This document shows positions 1 to 13,989 of a DNA stretch of 64,000 bases, one piece after another; positions within the stretch are counted from its first letter, which is position 1; every line of letters starts with the position of its first letter. Origin of the DNA: Eledone cirrhosa (lineage: Eukaryota); the NCBI GenBank assembly GCA_964016885.1, contig OZ024742.1:107012001-107076000 (forward strand), written 5' to 3'. A program made the translations under genes and the position numbers. The notes beneath the pieces are model-generated. The model had not been told where the DNA came from. It was given only the letters and a program-made list of their open reading frames with translations, and did no database searches.

Positions 1-749
1 AATCAAGTATAACTTGAAAGCATGGTATCTTCTATCAAGTCATAACTGATAGCAAGTGACAGCAATGCTAGTACATGAGTGCAATAGTCAATTTAACTGC
101 TAACCATATCCATCCTTCCAAAAATATGTGGCCTTGTGCCAATGCTGGAAATAATTGTTTATTGTTTCTTTTATTATAAACCTCATTCAGCAAATTACTT
201 TAGTTTAGCAGGAATGAACAAATAGAAATCTCAGATAAATTCACACATATTAATTAAATGCCATTCAACAATAATCACTTTCATTATTCCTCAAATTAAT
301 AAATAATAATTAACAATAGATAACAATATTGAAATAACAATAGCTAAAAAAATTGTATGTTACTTTGAAATACAATAGTTCAGATTAAAAAAGAAAAAAA
401 ATTGAATCTAACAAAAAAAACATTTTCCAAATAAGCCATATTGCCATATTTTTGTTTACTTCTATCCTAAAACAATGTTTATTGGGTCACAATATACTCC
501 TGTTACAATAGATCAGCTCTACCTCAATTTTCTTTCCTAATACCTTCCTTCAATTTGTTTACTGCATAATATTATAATAGATTTCTACTATTGTTTATTG
601 TATAATAATGAAAATAAAATTACAACCATGAAATATCATAAAACATAAGCAACTGTCAAACAAAATAACATTGTTTTCTTCTCATATTTGTTGATTGTGT
701 ATGTTACACCTCCTGGTAGCGTCTCACCCCCCCCCCCGTGTGTGTGTGT

Positions 750-832
750 GCTCGAAACAGAGGAGTACATGGGACAAGGACAACGGAAACAACAATGGAA
801 AAAGGACAGTCCTTTATCCTCAGTCAGCGCAT
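750..832 (-). repeat. Fragment of an unclassified dispersed repeat shared with 18185-18255
   Basis: ggacaaggacaacggaaacaacaatggaaaaaggacagtcc...ctcagtca aligns by eye with ggacaaagacaatggaaaaaaaaacaacggaaagtcggacaatcccatctcagtca near 18.2 kb; strand is arbitrary. Confidence 0.5.
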
Positions 833-1799
833 TAATATACACATGCACACACACACACACATGAGAGAGAGAGACAAACAGACAGATAGAGAGAGAAAGA
901 TAGATTTCTTATTCTCCCTCTCCACCTCCCCATTCAAACACTCCTTTTCTAACAGCTCACTTTATCATTTCTTTAAGTTTCTGAATTTCTTTTATAGGAG
1001 AAATGCTCATGACCTCTGCAGGTCCTCTTAAAGAGATGCCCTCGTGTGTGTGTAATTTTATATATGATAAAAATAATTTTAATTTAAAAAGAAAAAATAG
1101 CTTCTTTGAAATTTAAAGAATTGCTGATGTGTTACCAGAAAAATCAATAAGAGCAAGTGAAGATGTTGAGGATGTAAATTTGCAGGTCTACATTTAACCA
1201 AGTTTTCAGGGCATTCCCTTACAGTTTTCAATCCTGCTAACTAGTGTAAAGTAAATTAGAACAAGATTTATATTTATCACTTCTGATCAGAAATAACATC
1301 TAAATTAAAAAGATTTCACAGTAATTCTTTAATTAATTTATAATTTAAGGGGGAGAAACAATTCAATCATCACCATTGCCACCACCACAACCATTTCCAT
1401 ATGTCAGGTATTTTCATCATCTTCAGTGGAGTGTGAGGTTATAAAACAATCTATTGAATATGAAAAGTCATAGCACAGCAGAACGGACATGCTTAATTAA
1501 AACTAGTCTGGAAAGCAAAGCAGTGAATTAGCAAAATCATTAGAAAGTTGAAATAAAAATGCATTGGTATATTTGCTCCAACTCACTTAACTCTGAATTC
1601 AAATTCTGCTGAGGGTAATTTTGCCTTTCATCCTTTCCCTGGTCAAAGTACCAGTGCAATACTAGGATCATGGCTAAACTGAGCTAAACAACAACAAAAA
1701 TTAACCCAATGGCTACAGGGAAAGTAATCAATGTACACATATTTATCAAATTTGGAGAGGGATATTAGATAGCATCAAAATATGTAAACAATATACAAT

Positions 1800-2090
1800 A
1801 AAGAATTCTGATATAACAATGTCAGAGAGCTATGAAGATACAAGAACTAGAAAAATGACCTCAGATAATGAAACATATCATTTCAATATTCTTCACTCCT
1901 TATGTCTTCATAATTGTAATTGACTATGTGATGAGTCAGGCTATTGATGACAAATGAGAATTTGGCTTCAGACTCACAATCAGGGAAAGTAGACATGTAC
2001 CATCAATAGTAGTGTCCAACCTTATGTATGCTGGTGACATTGCTTTACTATCAGAAAAGATTACAAGCACAAGATCTGCTAGAAAGGGCT
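1800..2090 (+). pseudogene. Decayed non-LTR retrotransposon reverse-transcriptase core fragment (RTE/RTEX-like)
   Basis: One frame from 1895 reads TPYVFIIVIDYVMSQAIDDK*EFGFRLTIRESRHVPSIVVSNLMYAGDIALLSE, matching the RT motifs PxLFxIxxDY and (Y/F)ADD; has a stop and a frameshift; cut at the 3' side by a MITE. Confidence 0.8.
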
Positions 2091-2091
2091 A

Positions 2092-2290
2092 CCCTTTAGC
2101 ATTTACATTACTCTATATTTACTATTGTATTTTCACATAATTATCTCACATAATATCGAAGTTACAAGATTTTGATATTTATTTTGAGAACAATACCTTA
2201 ACATAAGTATGAGCAACCGATTATGGCTGGTTTGAACAGAAAGAGATGAGAGAATTCTGACCGAATATGGCCGGTTTAAATGCTAAAGGG
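2092..2290. mobile_element. piggyBac-like MITE family 1, copy 1
   Basis: TIRs ccctttagcattta...taaatgctaaaggg, TTAA at right flank; five copies in the window. Confidence 0.85.
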
Positions 2291-2364
2291 TTAAAGACGA
2301 AAGCTGAGACAGATAGTTTTCTTAATATTGATAAAAAGACTAAGTTTATGCAAATAAATCACGC

Positions 2365-2480
2365 ACATCATCATCATTTTAACATTAATTTTTTTTCCAT
2401 GCTGGAATAGGTTGGAAAGGACTTTTTGAGGCAATCTTTTACAGCCAGTGGCCCTTCCTAACACCAACCCCTTTAGCCAC
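2365..2480 (-). mobile_element. Short SINE-like element with RTE-type 3' tail (family E)
   Basis: (CAT)n-ttaac...ttccatgc...ttttacagcc...cccttcctaacaccaaccc; inverted sister copy at about 2615-2720; others at about 21545-21665, 31490-31595, 38918-39030. Confidence 0.6.
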
Positions 2481-2749
2481 TTCTTATGACACAGAGATAG
2501 TGTACCTATTCTCAATCAGTCACACAAACCTTGTGATAAAAAAAATTCAAAATCTAGACACCAACTGAAAATTGTTGAAAATGTTATGTCTATATGAGTG
2601 TGTGCAGTAAAATGTGGTTAAAAGGGTTGGTGTCAGGAAAGGTATTAGATTGTAAGACTACCTCAAAATGTCCCATCCAACATTTGCCAGAATGGAAGAG
2701 TATGTGTAAAAATATTAAAAGTGAATAAAGTGACAGAATAATAGTAGTC

Positions 2750-3013
2750 TACACTGTAAAGTGTTAAGGCTGGGACCACAAAAAAAGCATCCATTCCACT
2801 CCATAAGGTAGTAGTGTCAGAGTCATGATAAAATAGTCCTAGTACATGCTGTAAAGTGATTGACATTAAGAAGAGCATCCAGCTGTAGAAACCATGGCAA
2901 AAATGGAACATATGAGCAAGACATGGTCACCTTCCAATCAAGCCTCAGCACATAACAGCCCATCTAACCCAAGCAAGCATGGGAAAAAATGTTAAATGAT
3001 GAAGATGATGATG
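2750..3013 (+). mobile_element. SINE/LINE-3'UTR-type repeat with RTE tail (family D)
   Basis: aagagcatccagctgtagaaacc...ctaacccaagcaagcatggg...gttaaat(GAT)n; same tail as the RTE at 35345-36171. Confidence 0.75.
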
Positions 3014-3679
3014 GCATACTGATATGAAGAAAATGTGAGTGATCTTTAGGAAGTATACTAGAGTGGATGAATAGTTGAATTTGGAGAAATGTTTTTGTCA
3101 ACAGCTAACTTTGATCAAACTAGTAAACCCTTTTCAATTTTGTCTATCCCTGGTAATATTGGTATTCAGAAAATTAAGTAGTAATGCAAGTTACTTTCAA
3201 AAGGTTTATGGAGGTTTGGCATGAAAACCTTTGTATTTCTAGATTAGGAAGGAGTAAAAAGAGAGGTAAGGTGATTTAAATAAACATTTCATTTACATAA
3301 ACATAGAAACCTAAGGACGTAAAATTCTTATTGGTTTGGATTTGTTCAGAGGTGCATACAAACCAGATTAAGGAACAAACAACACACACACACACACATA
3401 CATACATACACAGTTCTGTAAGAAAATGATTTCAACCACCCGCAAATTTGTGTTTATAGGTCACTTTTAATAGATCATTGGTGAAATAATGAATTGTTAC
3501 AGAAATATACAGATGCACATGAATGGTGATACTCATGGATAGCTAATCTAACCTATTTTTGCAACTTCAGCTCATTCATAACTCATCCAGTGAACATAAT
3601 GAAGCAGAAAGAAAAAGTCTAACATAAGTCAAGCTGGTAGCAGTATTTTCAATGACCACCTGACTTCTCATTCAATTCT

Positions 3680-3955
3680 TTACACCTGGCGGCTGTACTG
3701 ACACCATGTCAAAAAGTACTGAGCCCAGCTTGTAAGGTGGTAGTACTGATGCCATGATAAAAAACACCCAGTCAACCTTTTAAGGTGATAGTTCTGGTGC
3801 CACCAAAACATGCTCCCAGCACACACAAGTAGTAAGCGTTAAGAAGGGCATCCAACCACAGAAAACCAAGCCAAAAATAGAAGACATGGTCACTTGATCA
3901 GTCTAGCCTCCGTAAGTGTCAACCTACCTAACCCATGTAAACATGGAAAATAGAA
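3680..3955 (+). mobile_element. Family D repeat with internal ~47-bp tandem units
   Basis: 3-4 units of gtactggtgccatgataaaaacacccagtcaaccttgtaaggtgg-like sequence, then aagaagggcatccaacc...acccatgtaaacatggaaaa. Confidence 0.7.
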
Positions 3956-4682
3956 AAGCTGTAAGGTGGATGAAGATCTACCACTAATCATCCATACTAG
4001 ATTCCTCTTCTTCAACATCTTCACTTTTTTTTATAGCAAACTGCCATAGAGTTTATAACACAAAACTGTTCATTTTAATATGCCTATGCCTATATTAAAT
4101 CTTTCCATCATAATTTTATTCATGAAATATAGAATGATATCATTATCACCTGAGTGTGGGTTAGATTAGAAATAAACATGAGTAGTAGTTAATGTAAAGA
4201 AAGAAGGGTTATAACCAATATACAGGATATTTTGATATATGTCAGAGCTAACAGGTTTAGTTTTCAGCAACTTTTGTATTAGTGTTGTCAAACTTAATTA
4301 ATCTAACAGTAGAAGGGTGGATTATGAATACAGCAAATCTATATGTAACATTGACAGATGCCAAATTAAAAATTGTCAATGTTCAGATATAAGGCTTCTG
4401 CAACATTACATGAAAGTTTTCTTCAGAAATCATGAATGCTAGTCCTAGGGAGCTTGAATTGTTGGTCTTTTCTTGTGTGAAAGTCATTGAGGGCATTGTT
4501 GTTTTATCATCATCATCGTTTTAATGTCTGCTTTTCCACACTTGCATGGGTTGGACAGGTCCTTTTCAGCACAGCATTTCTCCACTTGATGAACATTTTA
4601 CACAGAGAGGGTGAAGTTGTACATGTCAACATCTATTTAATCTTTACCAATTAACAGCACATTTGGGAGATTAAGTTACTCT

Positions 4683-5141
4683 TGTAGTGACCTACATTCT
4701 GCGGGCTCACATACATTCTCTGTGCGTTATTTGGCTCAGCCCAGCCAATGACCGCCAGCGGAGGAGAATGTATTTCTACGCGCCCTGCAGGAAAAATTCC
4801 TGCGTCGATTCGAGAAATCTCTCTTGCATCCTGACCATGCTAATGTAAAGATCACTTATTCTCTTGCTGCTTGAACGCTGAAGGACCAACACAAACAATG
4901 TAACGGTGAGATTTTCACTTTGGCCTGCCCAGCCTGCCTTAGGCCTGGCACAATGCCACATTCCTTTTGTAACCATTTTATGTTTAACTTCAACCATACA
5001 ATTTAACAAACATTACTTTGTGCTACAATAAAATAAACATACATTTCATCTCTTATTTCTGCCGTTGACATCATTATTATGCTTCACGTGGCACTACTAA
5101 CTATAACATATCTTAACTCTTAAAATTGGTGACTTTCGACG
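4683..5141 (+). mobile_element. Probable LTR of an LTR retrotransposon plus primer-binding-site remnant
   Basis: Starts TGTAGTG, ends cactacta/tataaca (5099-5108), AATAAA at 5027, GC-richer than flanks, followed by TGGTGACtttCGACG (5127-5141), resembling a tRNA-Trp PBS (TGGTGACCCCGACG). Confidence 0.45.
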
Positions 5142-5233
5142 CAGGAGTATTTAAGCATGAAAAGCTCCTTTACAATATATATATGCATCAACCATGCTTC
5201 CTGTTAAACTCTTTACTCAAAGAATATCTTTAA

Positions 5234-5442
5234 CCCTTTAGCATTTAAACCAGCTAGAATTCTCTCATCTCTTTCTGTTCAAGCTGGCTGTAACCAGCCA
5301 CTCACTTATATTAAGGTATTGTTCTCAAAATAAATAATATTAAAATCTCATAGATTCAATATTATGTGAGATAATTATGTGAAATAAAGTGTTTACTGTG
5401 AAAATACAATAGTAAATATAGAGTAATGTAAATGCTAAAGGG
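5234..5442. mobile_element. piggyBac-like MITE family 1, copy 2
   Basis: TTAA-ccctttagcattta...taaatgctaaaggg-tcaa; opposite orientation to copy 1. Confidence 0.85.
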
Positions 5443-5789
5443 TCAAGGAAGGGATGTTTATTATTATTTTTCTTTTTGCTCTATTCAATACCCTAAAATA
5501 TAAAATTGAAAGATATCTATTTACATGAAGTTTTTATTCACTCAAAAGGTACCACCTATACAAAATTTTTCTTTCAACATAAAGGATGCTGTTGTTCAAC
5601 AAAAGTGGGAGCTGCTATAAGAATATAATTATTTTCTCTTACAATTTACATAAGTGATACATATACAACTGACTGATAGGTTAGACCACCAGGATATATT
5701 AGGAAATTACTGACACACAGGCTCAAGTATTGAGATATATGAATAATTCAGCATGCAATGACAATAAGATAACTTTGAAGTAGAATATG

Positions 5790-6030
5790 TTTCATTAGGG
5801 CATAGGATTAAAAATGTAGTCTTAGTTCAACTTTACCTTTCATCCTTTCAAGGTCTATAAATAAACTACTAGCCCAATACTGGTGCTGATTCTTTCTCTA
5901 TCTCTCTCTTTTTCTCAGGAAGAAATTGGTTATGCTCCAACTTGGAAAGGGATGGACTCAGTCAAGTTTAAAATGCCCAAGAAATGCTGTGTGTCAGGAT
6001 CGCATCCCTATAACTCCATCAGAAGTTAAT
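5790..6030 (+). mobile_element. Degenerate SINE, family A body with tail C
   Basis: caactttacctttcatccttt...ataaa then gatggactcagtcaagtttaaaatgcccaag...ctccatcagaagtta; tail C recurs at about 18635-18750, 20945-21070(-), 29110-29230, 30920-31035, 45097-45420(-). Confidence 0.6.
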
Positions 6031-7894
6031 GCCTTTTATCTTGATTGCACCATCAGATATATTCAGATCAGAAAATAATTATCACTACTACCAATGCCCT
6101 CACCACTGTATTCATGATTCAATGTTGTTGTTGTTATCATTACCATCTGTCTAATGTGATAAACAGTAGAGTGCCAGAAGAAATTCCTTGCAATAATTAG
6201 TTACCTCTGCCTATGCTGGTTTCAGCCACTAGAATGTGAACCATGAAAAGGCTCAGTTGATTATTTTAAAATTTATTTTATCAACTGCAGGAAGAAGAAA
6301 AACAGAGCAAATGTCACAAGCTGTTTTGTCAATGCTCTACTAAACCACAGCCTGTCACTTTTTCAGTTAAAATTTCCAGCCGAGGTAGACTTTGATTTTC
6401 TCCTCATTTGGAGTGATAAAAAAACAACTATCCCCTACACACATGCACGAACACAAAGTATGGCTTTGTCCCGTTTGTAAGTTACCATGATTTCATTTTA
6501 TTTAATTTGATTCAATTCAATTCTTTTTTTTTTTTTATAATTTCCAATCCTCACAGCAATATGTATTTCTACATTTGATAATTTTCATGTTCATTGCACT
6601 GGTCTGCATAATTACTGAGCAACACACTCACAGTTTGCACACATGCACACAGACACTACGCAGTATATGAGAAATATAAAGCTTACATTACACACCTCAA
6701 CTCTAACCAATTATATAGAAATTATATCTGGTGACAGATCTTTCCAGAATGTCGCAGAAGATTGGTAAACAAAATAATGTAAACTACCATTTAATAAAGG
6801 AGAGAGGAGAGCAAGAACATCAAAATTAACACAGAGAGAGAGAAAGATAGGGGGAATAATTTAAAAAAAGTAAAAAAAAAATAAAAAAATTCTTTATTAA
6901 CAGCTATTCAGTATTGCAATAGTGCTTAAATCTGTCGGAAAGCTGTGTCACATTGACACTAAAGTGAAACATGATGATTGCAAGACAAGCAAAGGAAATC
7001 CCCTTATTTCTGGATCTCTCTTTCCCCTTTTCTCTTCTTGTGTTTCTCTTTTAAAAATTAATAGGGAGTTATTAAAAAGGAACTGCTTGCTGGTTGTTAT
7101 TTCAATATCATTTTGTTTATAATTACAATTGTCAAACTATTAATCATTATTATTGTTATTATTAATCCTTATTATTGTTACTATTAATGTTGTTGTTGTT
7201 TTTAAGAGGTAAAAAATAAAAATGAAAACATTATCATCATATTTATAATTTATGGTTTGGGATATACATCAAGAGTTTCCTTTCTTAAAACAAGAACTAA
7301 GTATATCTTGGAACATAGCAGCAGTACCACCCCACCATTTTCTAGCAGTAGGGAGTAGGCAGTACTACTTCATGGAAGTTGAAAATATAGTGTGAATAAA
7401 AAAGACAAATTTTTTTTTTTTTTTTTTAAAGGAGCCCAGCCAAAAGATATTATGAGGCTGGAAGTACTTTGTGAAGTGGAAACCACCCACAAAGAGTACC
7501 TGAACCTTATAGTCAATCAAAAAAGAGAAACCCAGCTTACTTCATTTGATGCTGATGCTACGCTAAAAGAAATTTAATCAAATACAGTGTTGTTGGTTGA
7601 GGGGATGGAGAACTACCAAACCCCTTAGATTGTAAATGATTGTTCAAAGACTATCAATGGCTTGGGAATCATGGTACAGAGGATCTGAAACTTTTCACAG
7701 CTCAGCTGAGCAATTTTGGAGTATATGGTTTGCAGGTGATCGTAGTGGAAGGTGGCCAGAATCATGGAGTGCTCTGCTCCAATCTAGGTGGCACCTAACC
7801 ACCCATTATCCAGGCAGATTGCCAATATGATGAAAAGCAAAGTTTTGTTTTGTATACTAAATTTTTAACTTATCTTAATATATTGTATTATAGT

Positions 7895-8000
7895 CAGTAA
7901 ATTGGCAGTAATTGAAACATTGGATAGAATGGTTTGCAGTACTTGTTTCAGCTCTCTGTGCTCCGAGTTCAAAACTCACTGAGGTCAACTTTGCCTTTCA
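7895..8000 (+). mobile_element. Family A SINE 5' part
   Basis: ttggcagt...gagttcaaa (A/B boxes)...gaggtcaactttgcctttca. Confidence 0.65.
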
Positions 8001-8759
8001 AGGATGATTTCTTCATAGCTCTTTCTCACTTCCACTAACATTTTCATTGTTAAGCTTATATTTGGAGCATAACAAAGATTCTGATGTAAAATTATAATGG
8101 CACGATTTTTAAAATAAACATTCATATCATAAAACCAGAAGTAGTTTGGTATCAAATTAAATTGACCAGTTTACACAGATCTTACCAAAATACTGATTGC
8201 TAATGAAATACAACAACTAACATTGAATTATGAATTATTATTACCAAGTGGTGAGAGCTTGAACAAAGAATCTCAAGAAATTTTGTTTTGAAGTTAAATT
8301 CAATTTCATCATTAGTTTCATTTGTCTTCAAAAGTTAGAATAAAATTACAGAGGGAATTAAATCATTTCAGTTTCAAAAACTCAGTCATTCTATAAGATA
8401 AGCCTATCTTTTCAATAACTCCAAAGATCTATTTTTCAGTTGAGAGACAAACACCTTTTACAGAGTGCAGGTAACATGTTCATAGAAGTTGTGGCTCTTA
8501 TCCTTGACAGCTAAGTGATTGAAAGCACACATCAAATGAGCCGCTATGTGGTTACTCAGCTTGCCAGAAACAGTAGCCAAAACATCAGAGTGACCTCATC
8601 TCACTTGAATCTTCCATAGCTGAATGCCTTTACAAATACTAGTTACTTATCGAGTACACGGGGTGCATTTTTTCATAGTACCAGCACTATCACTTTACAG
8701 TGTATACTGCATGCAATTTATCATAGTACCAGCACTACTATTTTACAGCATGTATGAAT

Positions 8760-8893
8760 GCGTACATACATACGTACGTACGTACATACATACATACATG
8801 CATGCATGCCTGCATACATGCATGCCTGCATACATGCATGCATACATACATGCATGCATACACACATACATATATTACACTAACACACACACA
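8760..8893. repeat. Compound (CATA)n/(CATG)n/(CA)n microsatellite
   Basis: Direct reading. Confidence 0.9.
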
Positions 8894-9187
8894 TGATGGT
8901 TCAATGAGCATAAAATACCATATATTTTTCGGTCCAATATGTCACCAACTTTATGCAATTCTTTTGTTTGTCTTTACCAAGCTGATGGCCTGATTTACAT
9001 TTCGTAACGGATAACAATCTGAAAATGCACATAACGGTGGCTTATTCAATATACTGAGAGACGAAAAGGTCGCACCTTGTCTTCATATTCATTAATATAC
9101 CAATACTCCATTGTATAACAGACAAAAACAGTAGAACTGACATGGAGTGCTTATCCTGTTAACACTGATAATCAGGTAAATAAAGAT

Positions 9188-10012
<825 letters not shown>

Positions 10013-11096
10013 TACGTGTGCACGTATAAATTATTAATTATCTAATCAATTGATATATGCATACGTTTGATTTTAGGGTTTGTATGAAAAAATACTAAAC
10101 ACACTGAATTAAGGACCCATGTACTGTATATAGAGCCAATATGATATTTGTTATTAATAGTGACTGTCTGCTTCCACAATTTACAGATGTTACCGATATA
10201 TTAACTTCCCCCACCCCCACCCCCACACACACATACATACACTTCCAAAACTTTCACCTAACCCCCCTCCTCCTTGCAATTATGTTTCTATTTTCTTTTG
10301 TTGTAGAGAGAGTTGAAAGAATGAAAGTTTGATTTACAACAACAATGACAAAGGAACACATCTGACTACGAAAGAACAAAATCACACTACAACATTAATC
10401 AATGAAATTTCTAGACCAGCTGTTATTATACAGCACCTATTACCTCCCTTGTCAGACAATAACAGCAATAAGTAGGTCAGAAAAAGGTAAGAGGTTTCTG
10501 TAAGGAGTTTTGTTTGTTTTTTTTTACTCTATTTTGGTTAGCTGTCATGTTTTATTTTATGTTTATCTATTTATTTCTATTTCTTTTTCGATGCTCTCTT
10601 ATTTCTGAAATTTACCAAAAACTGTCAGCTACCTAATAAGTGGAACAATCAATACTTCATGTGAAACCCTATAAATATCAACCCACCCAAAATGGTTCAA
10701 ATTTAAATTTAAACATTTGCCTGAAATCTCTATTACATACCAAATAAGGGCAGTGGATTGGCAGTATTACTAGAAAGTAAATTGTAGCATTTAGTTATGC
10801 CCATTTTTTGTTTTGAGTTATAAAATAAAGTACTATTATTTCACTGGGTCAATTTAATCAACTTTCCCTTCCCACAAAATGATTGACCTTGTGCCTAAAT
10901 TAGAAATAATCATTACATAAAAGATAATATTAGATTTCAACAGTTAAATATGTCTTTTGTTATTAAGTAGTGTATTTTTGTTAGAAATGTGGTCAGGAAA
11001 GGGTTAAACTTGTAACTATGTAGGCCTTTCATTCTAAGCTCCAAATTAATGACAAATCAATGGTTGAGATATACTGATAATTTCATTTTATATATA

Positions 11097-11416
11097 TCAT
11101 CATCAACGTTTAACGTCCGTGTTCCACGCTTGCATGGGTTTGGACGGGGGTAGTCCCACTTGAGGCAAGAGTGATTGTCTTGCTCGCATAGGACTGTCTG
11201 GCAGGTTTTCTACAGTTAGATGCCCTTCCTAACACCAACCACATTTACAGTGTGGGTCTGGGAGGTTTTTACCGTGTTGCCTACACGGCCACATTACAGC
11301 GTGGACTGTGTGTTTTTTTGTCGTGACACCTACACGATCTCATTTGTTTCGGCCTGGATGGCGCGGCACCAACATAACTTTACATAGAATGGGGTGGTGT
11401 GGATGGGGTGGGGGTG
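11097..11416 (-). mobile_element. Young RTE LINE 3'UTR copy (5'-truncated)
   Basis: Reverse complement is nearly identical to 35860-36171 (about 3 differences seen); (CAT)n tail; flanked by (TA)n. Confidence 0.92.
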
Positions 11417-11664
11417 ATATATATATATATCTATATATATATATATATATATACATACATATATATATATAGTTTGCCACTATCTCTTTATTCATCTGCA
11501 AACAGGTCTTATTTTTAGAGCCAGACTATCTATGAAAATGGAGGAGAGTTTTTTTTTGTTTTATTTTTTTCTTTGTCTACAACAGGTCAAACTGACATCT
11601 GTTTGGTCAAACAATTTGTCACTGAAAGCATCTATATTATATGTGTCCACCATGTCAATGAGAC

Positions 11665-11872
11665 AGCCTCTATGTAGTCATTCAATTTACTAAAAATAAC
11701 AGCCAAAATCTTCAAATTATACCATACAACTTCAAAAATGATAGGAAATATTTGATAATGTAATCCTAAATAAGCAATGTCTGAGAAAGGACAGAGATGA
11801 TCATGGATAGAACACCTTTGTTCATATGTCTGCTCAATCAGGGATGGCCTGAATGACTATACAACAACAACT
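11665..11872 (+). mobile_element. Dispersed repeat family F with (CAA)n tail (SINE/LINE 3' end)
   Basis: Recurs at about 26415-26585, 32845-33018, 38785-38912(-), 43418-43620(-), 48875-49045, 51915-52110(-). Confidence 0.7.
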
Positions 11873-11915
11873 AAACCATGATGAATGAGCACCTATATCT
11901 AAGAAGCAAACTTAA

Positions 11916-12151
11916 ACCTTTCATTAGCATATTTCTAACGAAAGACACTACGTATGGTTTTCAAATAATTTTTTAAATAATCAAGAATGCGGAAGGATTT
12001 AGTAATATAACTAACTTCCTCATTATTAAGCTGGTGCTTGGAGCATAACAAACATTCTCGGATAAAATTATGTTGGAAATTTTTAGATGGGGATAAACAC
12101 TTTAAAACACATAAAAGCAGGGGGAATTCAGGTGGTTTGGTATTGAAAGGG
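11916..12151. mobile_element. piggyBac-like MITE family 2
   Basis: TTAA-(a/c)cctttc...gaaaggg-TTAA, about 240 bp; more than 10 related copies in the window. Confidence 0.8.
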
Positions 12152-12471
12152 TTAAAAGTCTTGAGAGATAATCATGAAAAGCAAGATTCTGTAGAATCCT
12201 TGAGAAAAAGCAAGATGGCACAAATAGCCTGGCTCAACAATGAGGTGAAGGAAAAGAAATCTGAAGATTTTTTTCTTTCTAGACAAGCTTTTTATAGAAA
12301 TACTATGAGGAGAATTATTATAACCGCTTCTAGTTGTAACAATCAGAGAAATACAAACTGCTATCAATAGAAATGGATTCTAAATTACAGTACAGGCTTC
12401 TTGAAAACAGCATTATACTAACATGTTAATATGAGTTTGATAAAAAATAATTCACATACGCATTGCTTACT

Positions 12472-12700
12472 TAATCCTTCCCTTATTATATTTCTAATGA
12501 AATTCACTGCCTATAATTTTCAAATAATTTTGAAAATAATCAAGAATTTGAAGGGATTTAGCAAAACAATCTTCATATTATTAAACTGGTGTTTAGAATA
12601 TAATTTTACAAGAGTTCTTACATAAAATTATGATGGAAGGTTTTTAGAGGAACACAAAAACTTTAAAACAAACAGCTTTGTGTCATAGAAGGGAGGTTTC
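12472..12700. mobile_element. MITE family 2, degenerate copy
   Basis: catatttctaatgaaa...aataatcaagaatttg...cttacataaaattatgatggaagg internal consensus. Confidence 0.65.
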
Positions 12701-12946
12701 ATGTTATAACTTATTAGTTTTGCCCAAGATGCTCCGCACCTTGGGCAATTGAATATTTTGGGGGGCAAACTTTTCTAGATTTCCTGCTTAACATTGAGAA
12801 ACTTAGTAACATTGCTAAATCCTTTAAAATACTTGATTGTTTTTTTTTATTATTTGAAACACACAGGCAGTGTCTTTCATTAAAATATGGTAGCAACTCG
12901 GTTGATTTTAGAGTTTTAAAACATATGTAGCAAAACTGAGAAACAA

Positions 12947-12986
<40 letters not shown>

Positions 12987-13037
12987 CATTTGGCTGTGAA
13001 ACATTGCTGCAAAAATTCAACAAAAAGTATGATTATG

Positions 13038-13094
<57 letters not shown>

Positions 13095-13428
13095 AATGAA
13101 GTAATTCCGTCGGAAAAGTCCAGGAAAAAAGAGTGCTCTATGTAGGTAACAGAGCTTAATAGTTATGTAATAAACAACATAAGGCAATTATTTCATTTAC
13201 CAGTGGTTTCTTGAAACCAAAAAATTTTGCTTTCAATCAGAATGAAAAAATATATATGGAAATTAAAAATTTGAAGATAGCTAACCAAAAGGTTTTTCAA
13301 AAATGTTAATAGATACAACAGCAAAACTAATAAGTTATAACATAACTGAAATGTTTTAATGTTGACATTATTTCTTTGGTAGGTGGGTCATTTTAGTTCA
13401 ACCACCAACCAAGTCCTACACCATTATT

Positions 13429-13613
13429 GTGGATTGGCAGTATCGGTAGAGGGTCGGACGCCATGCTTTCCAGCATAGTTACGTCCCTTTACGATCTGAG
13501 TTCAAATCCCGCCGAGGTTGACTTTGCCTTTCATCCTTACGGGGTCGATAAAATAAAGTACCAGTAATGCACTGGGTAATTGCTGGCCTTGTGCCTAAAG
13601 TAGAAACAATTAT
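13429..13613 (+). mobile_element. tRNA-headed SINE family A, young full-length copy
   Basis: A-box tggcagtatcgg, B-box gagttcaaatcc, central ccgaggttgactttgcctttcatcctt..ggggtcgataaaataaagtaccag, tail ggccttgtgcctaaagtagaaacaattatt; near identical to 34914-35110. Confidence 0.9.
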
Positions 13614-13989
13614 TTTGATATGCATTGCATCAAGATGTACTAATCAATATCATTAAAGCAAGTATTACAGTTACCGTGAATTATTTTGTTTTTTAGTGGG
13701 AAGGCGACTAATAATAACAGCACCAAAGGAAAAGCCAACTAAACTGGTCAGCTACTCATTTCAATACACTTTACAATAAACTTCGGGAAAACTTTGTAAA
13801 TTGCCAATTTTTAGTCATGATAGCTAAACTTCAGTTACTGAATAAAGGGGTAAGTTTTTAATAATTAATAGCTATTCAACAAATTTCAACTAAATTATGT
13901 TTACAATTTAAAAAAAAAAACGTTAATGAAAGTAAGAGGGTGGAGGAGCAGCAAAATCTATTTCCTACTAGTCTAGACGGTATATTTCA

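Noticed and set aside
3411-3560. Tc1-like TIR start (cagt...aaaatgatttcaaccacc)
   Set aside because: No partner TIR or transposase sequence found
9048-9089. ctgagag..gaaa..gtc hammerhead-like string
   Set aside because: No stem II and wrong core spacing; just an imperfect hairpin
12720-12748. Small GC hairpin ttgcccaag..cttgggcaa as a terminator or Helitron end
   Set aside because: No downstream CTRR end or other supporting context, and intrinsic terminators are not relevant in this genome
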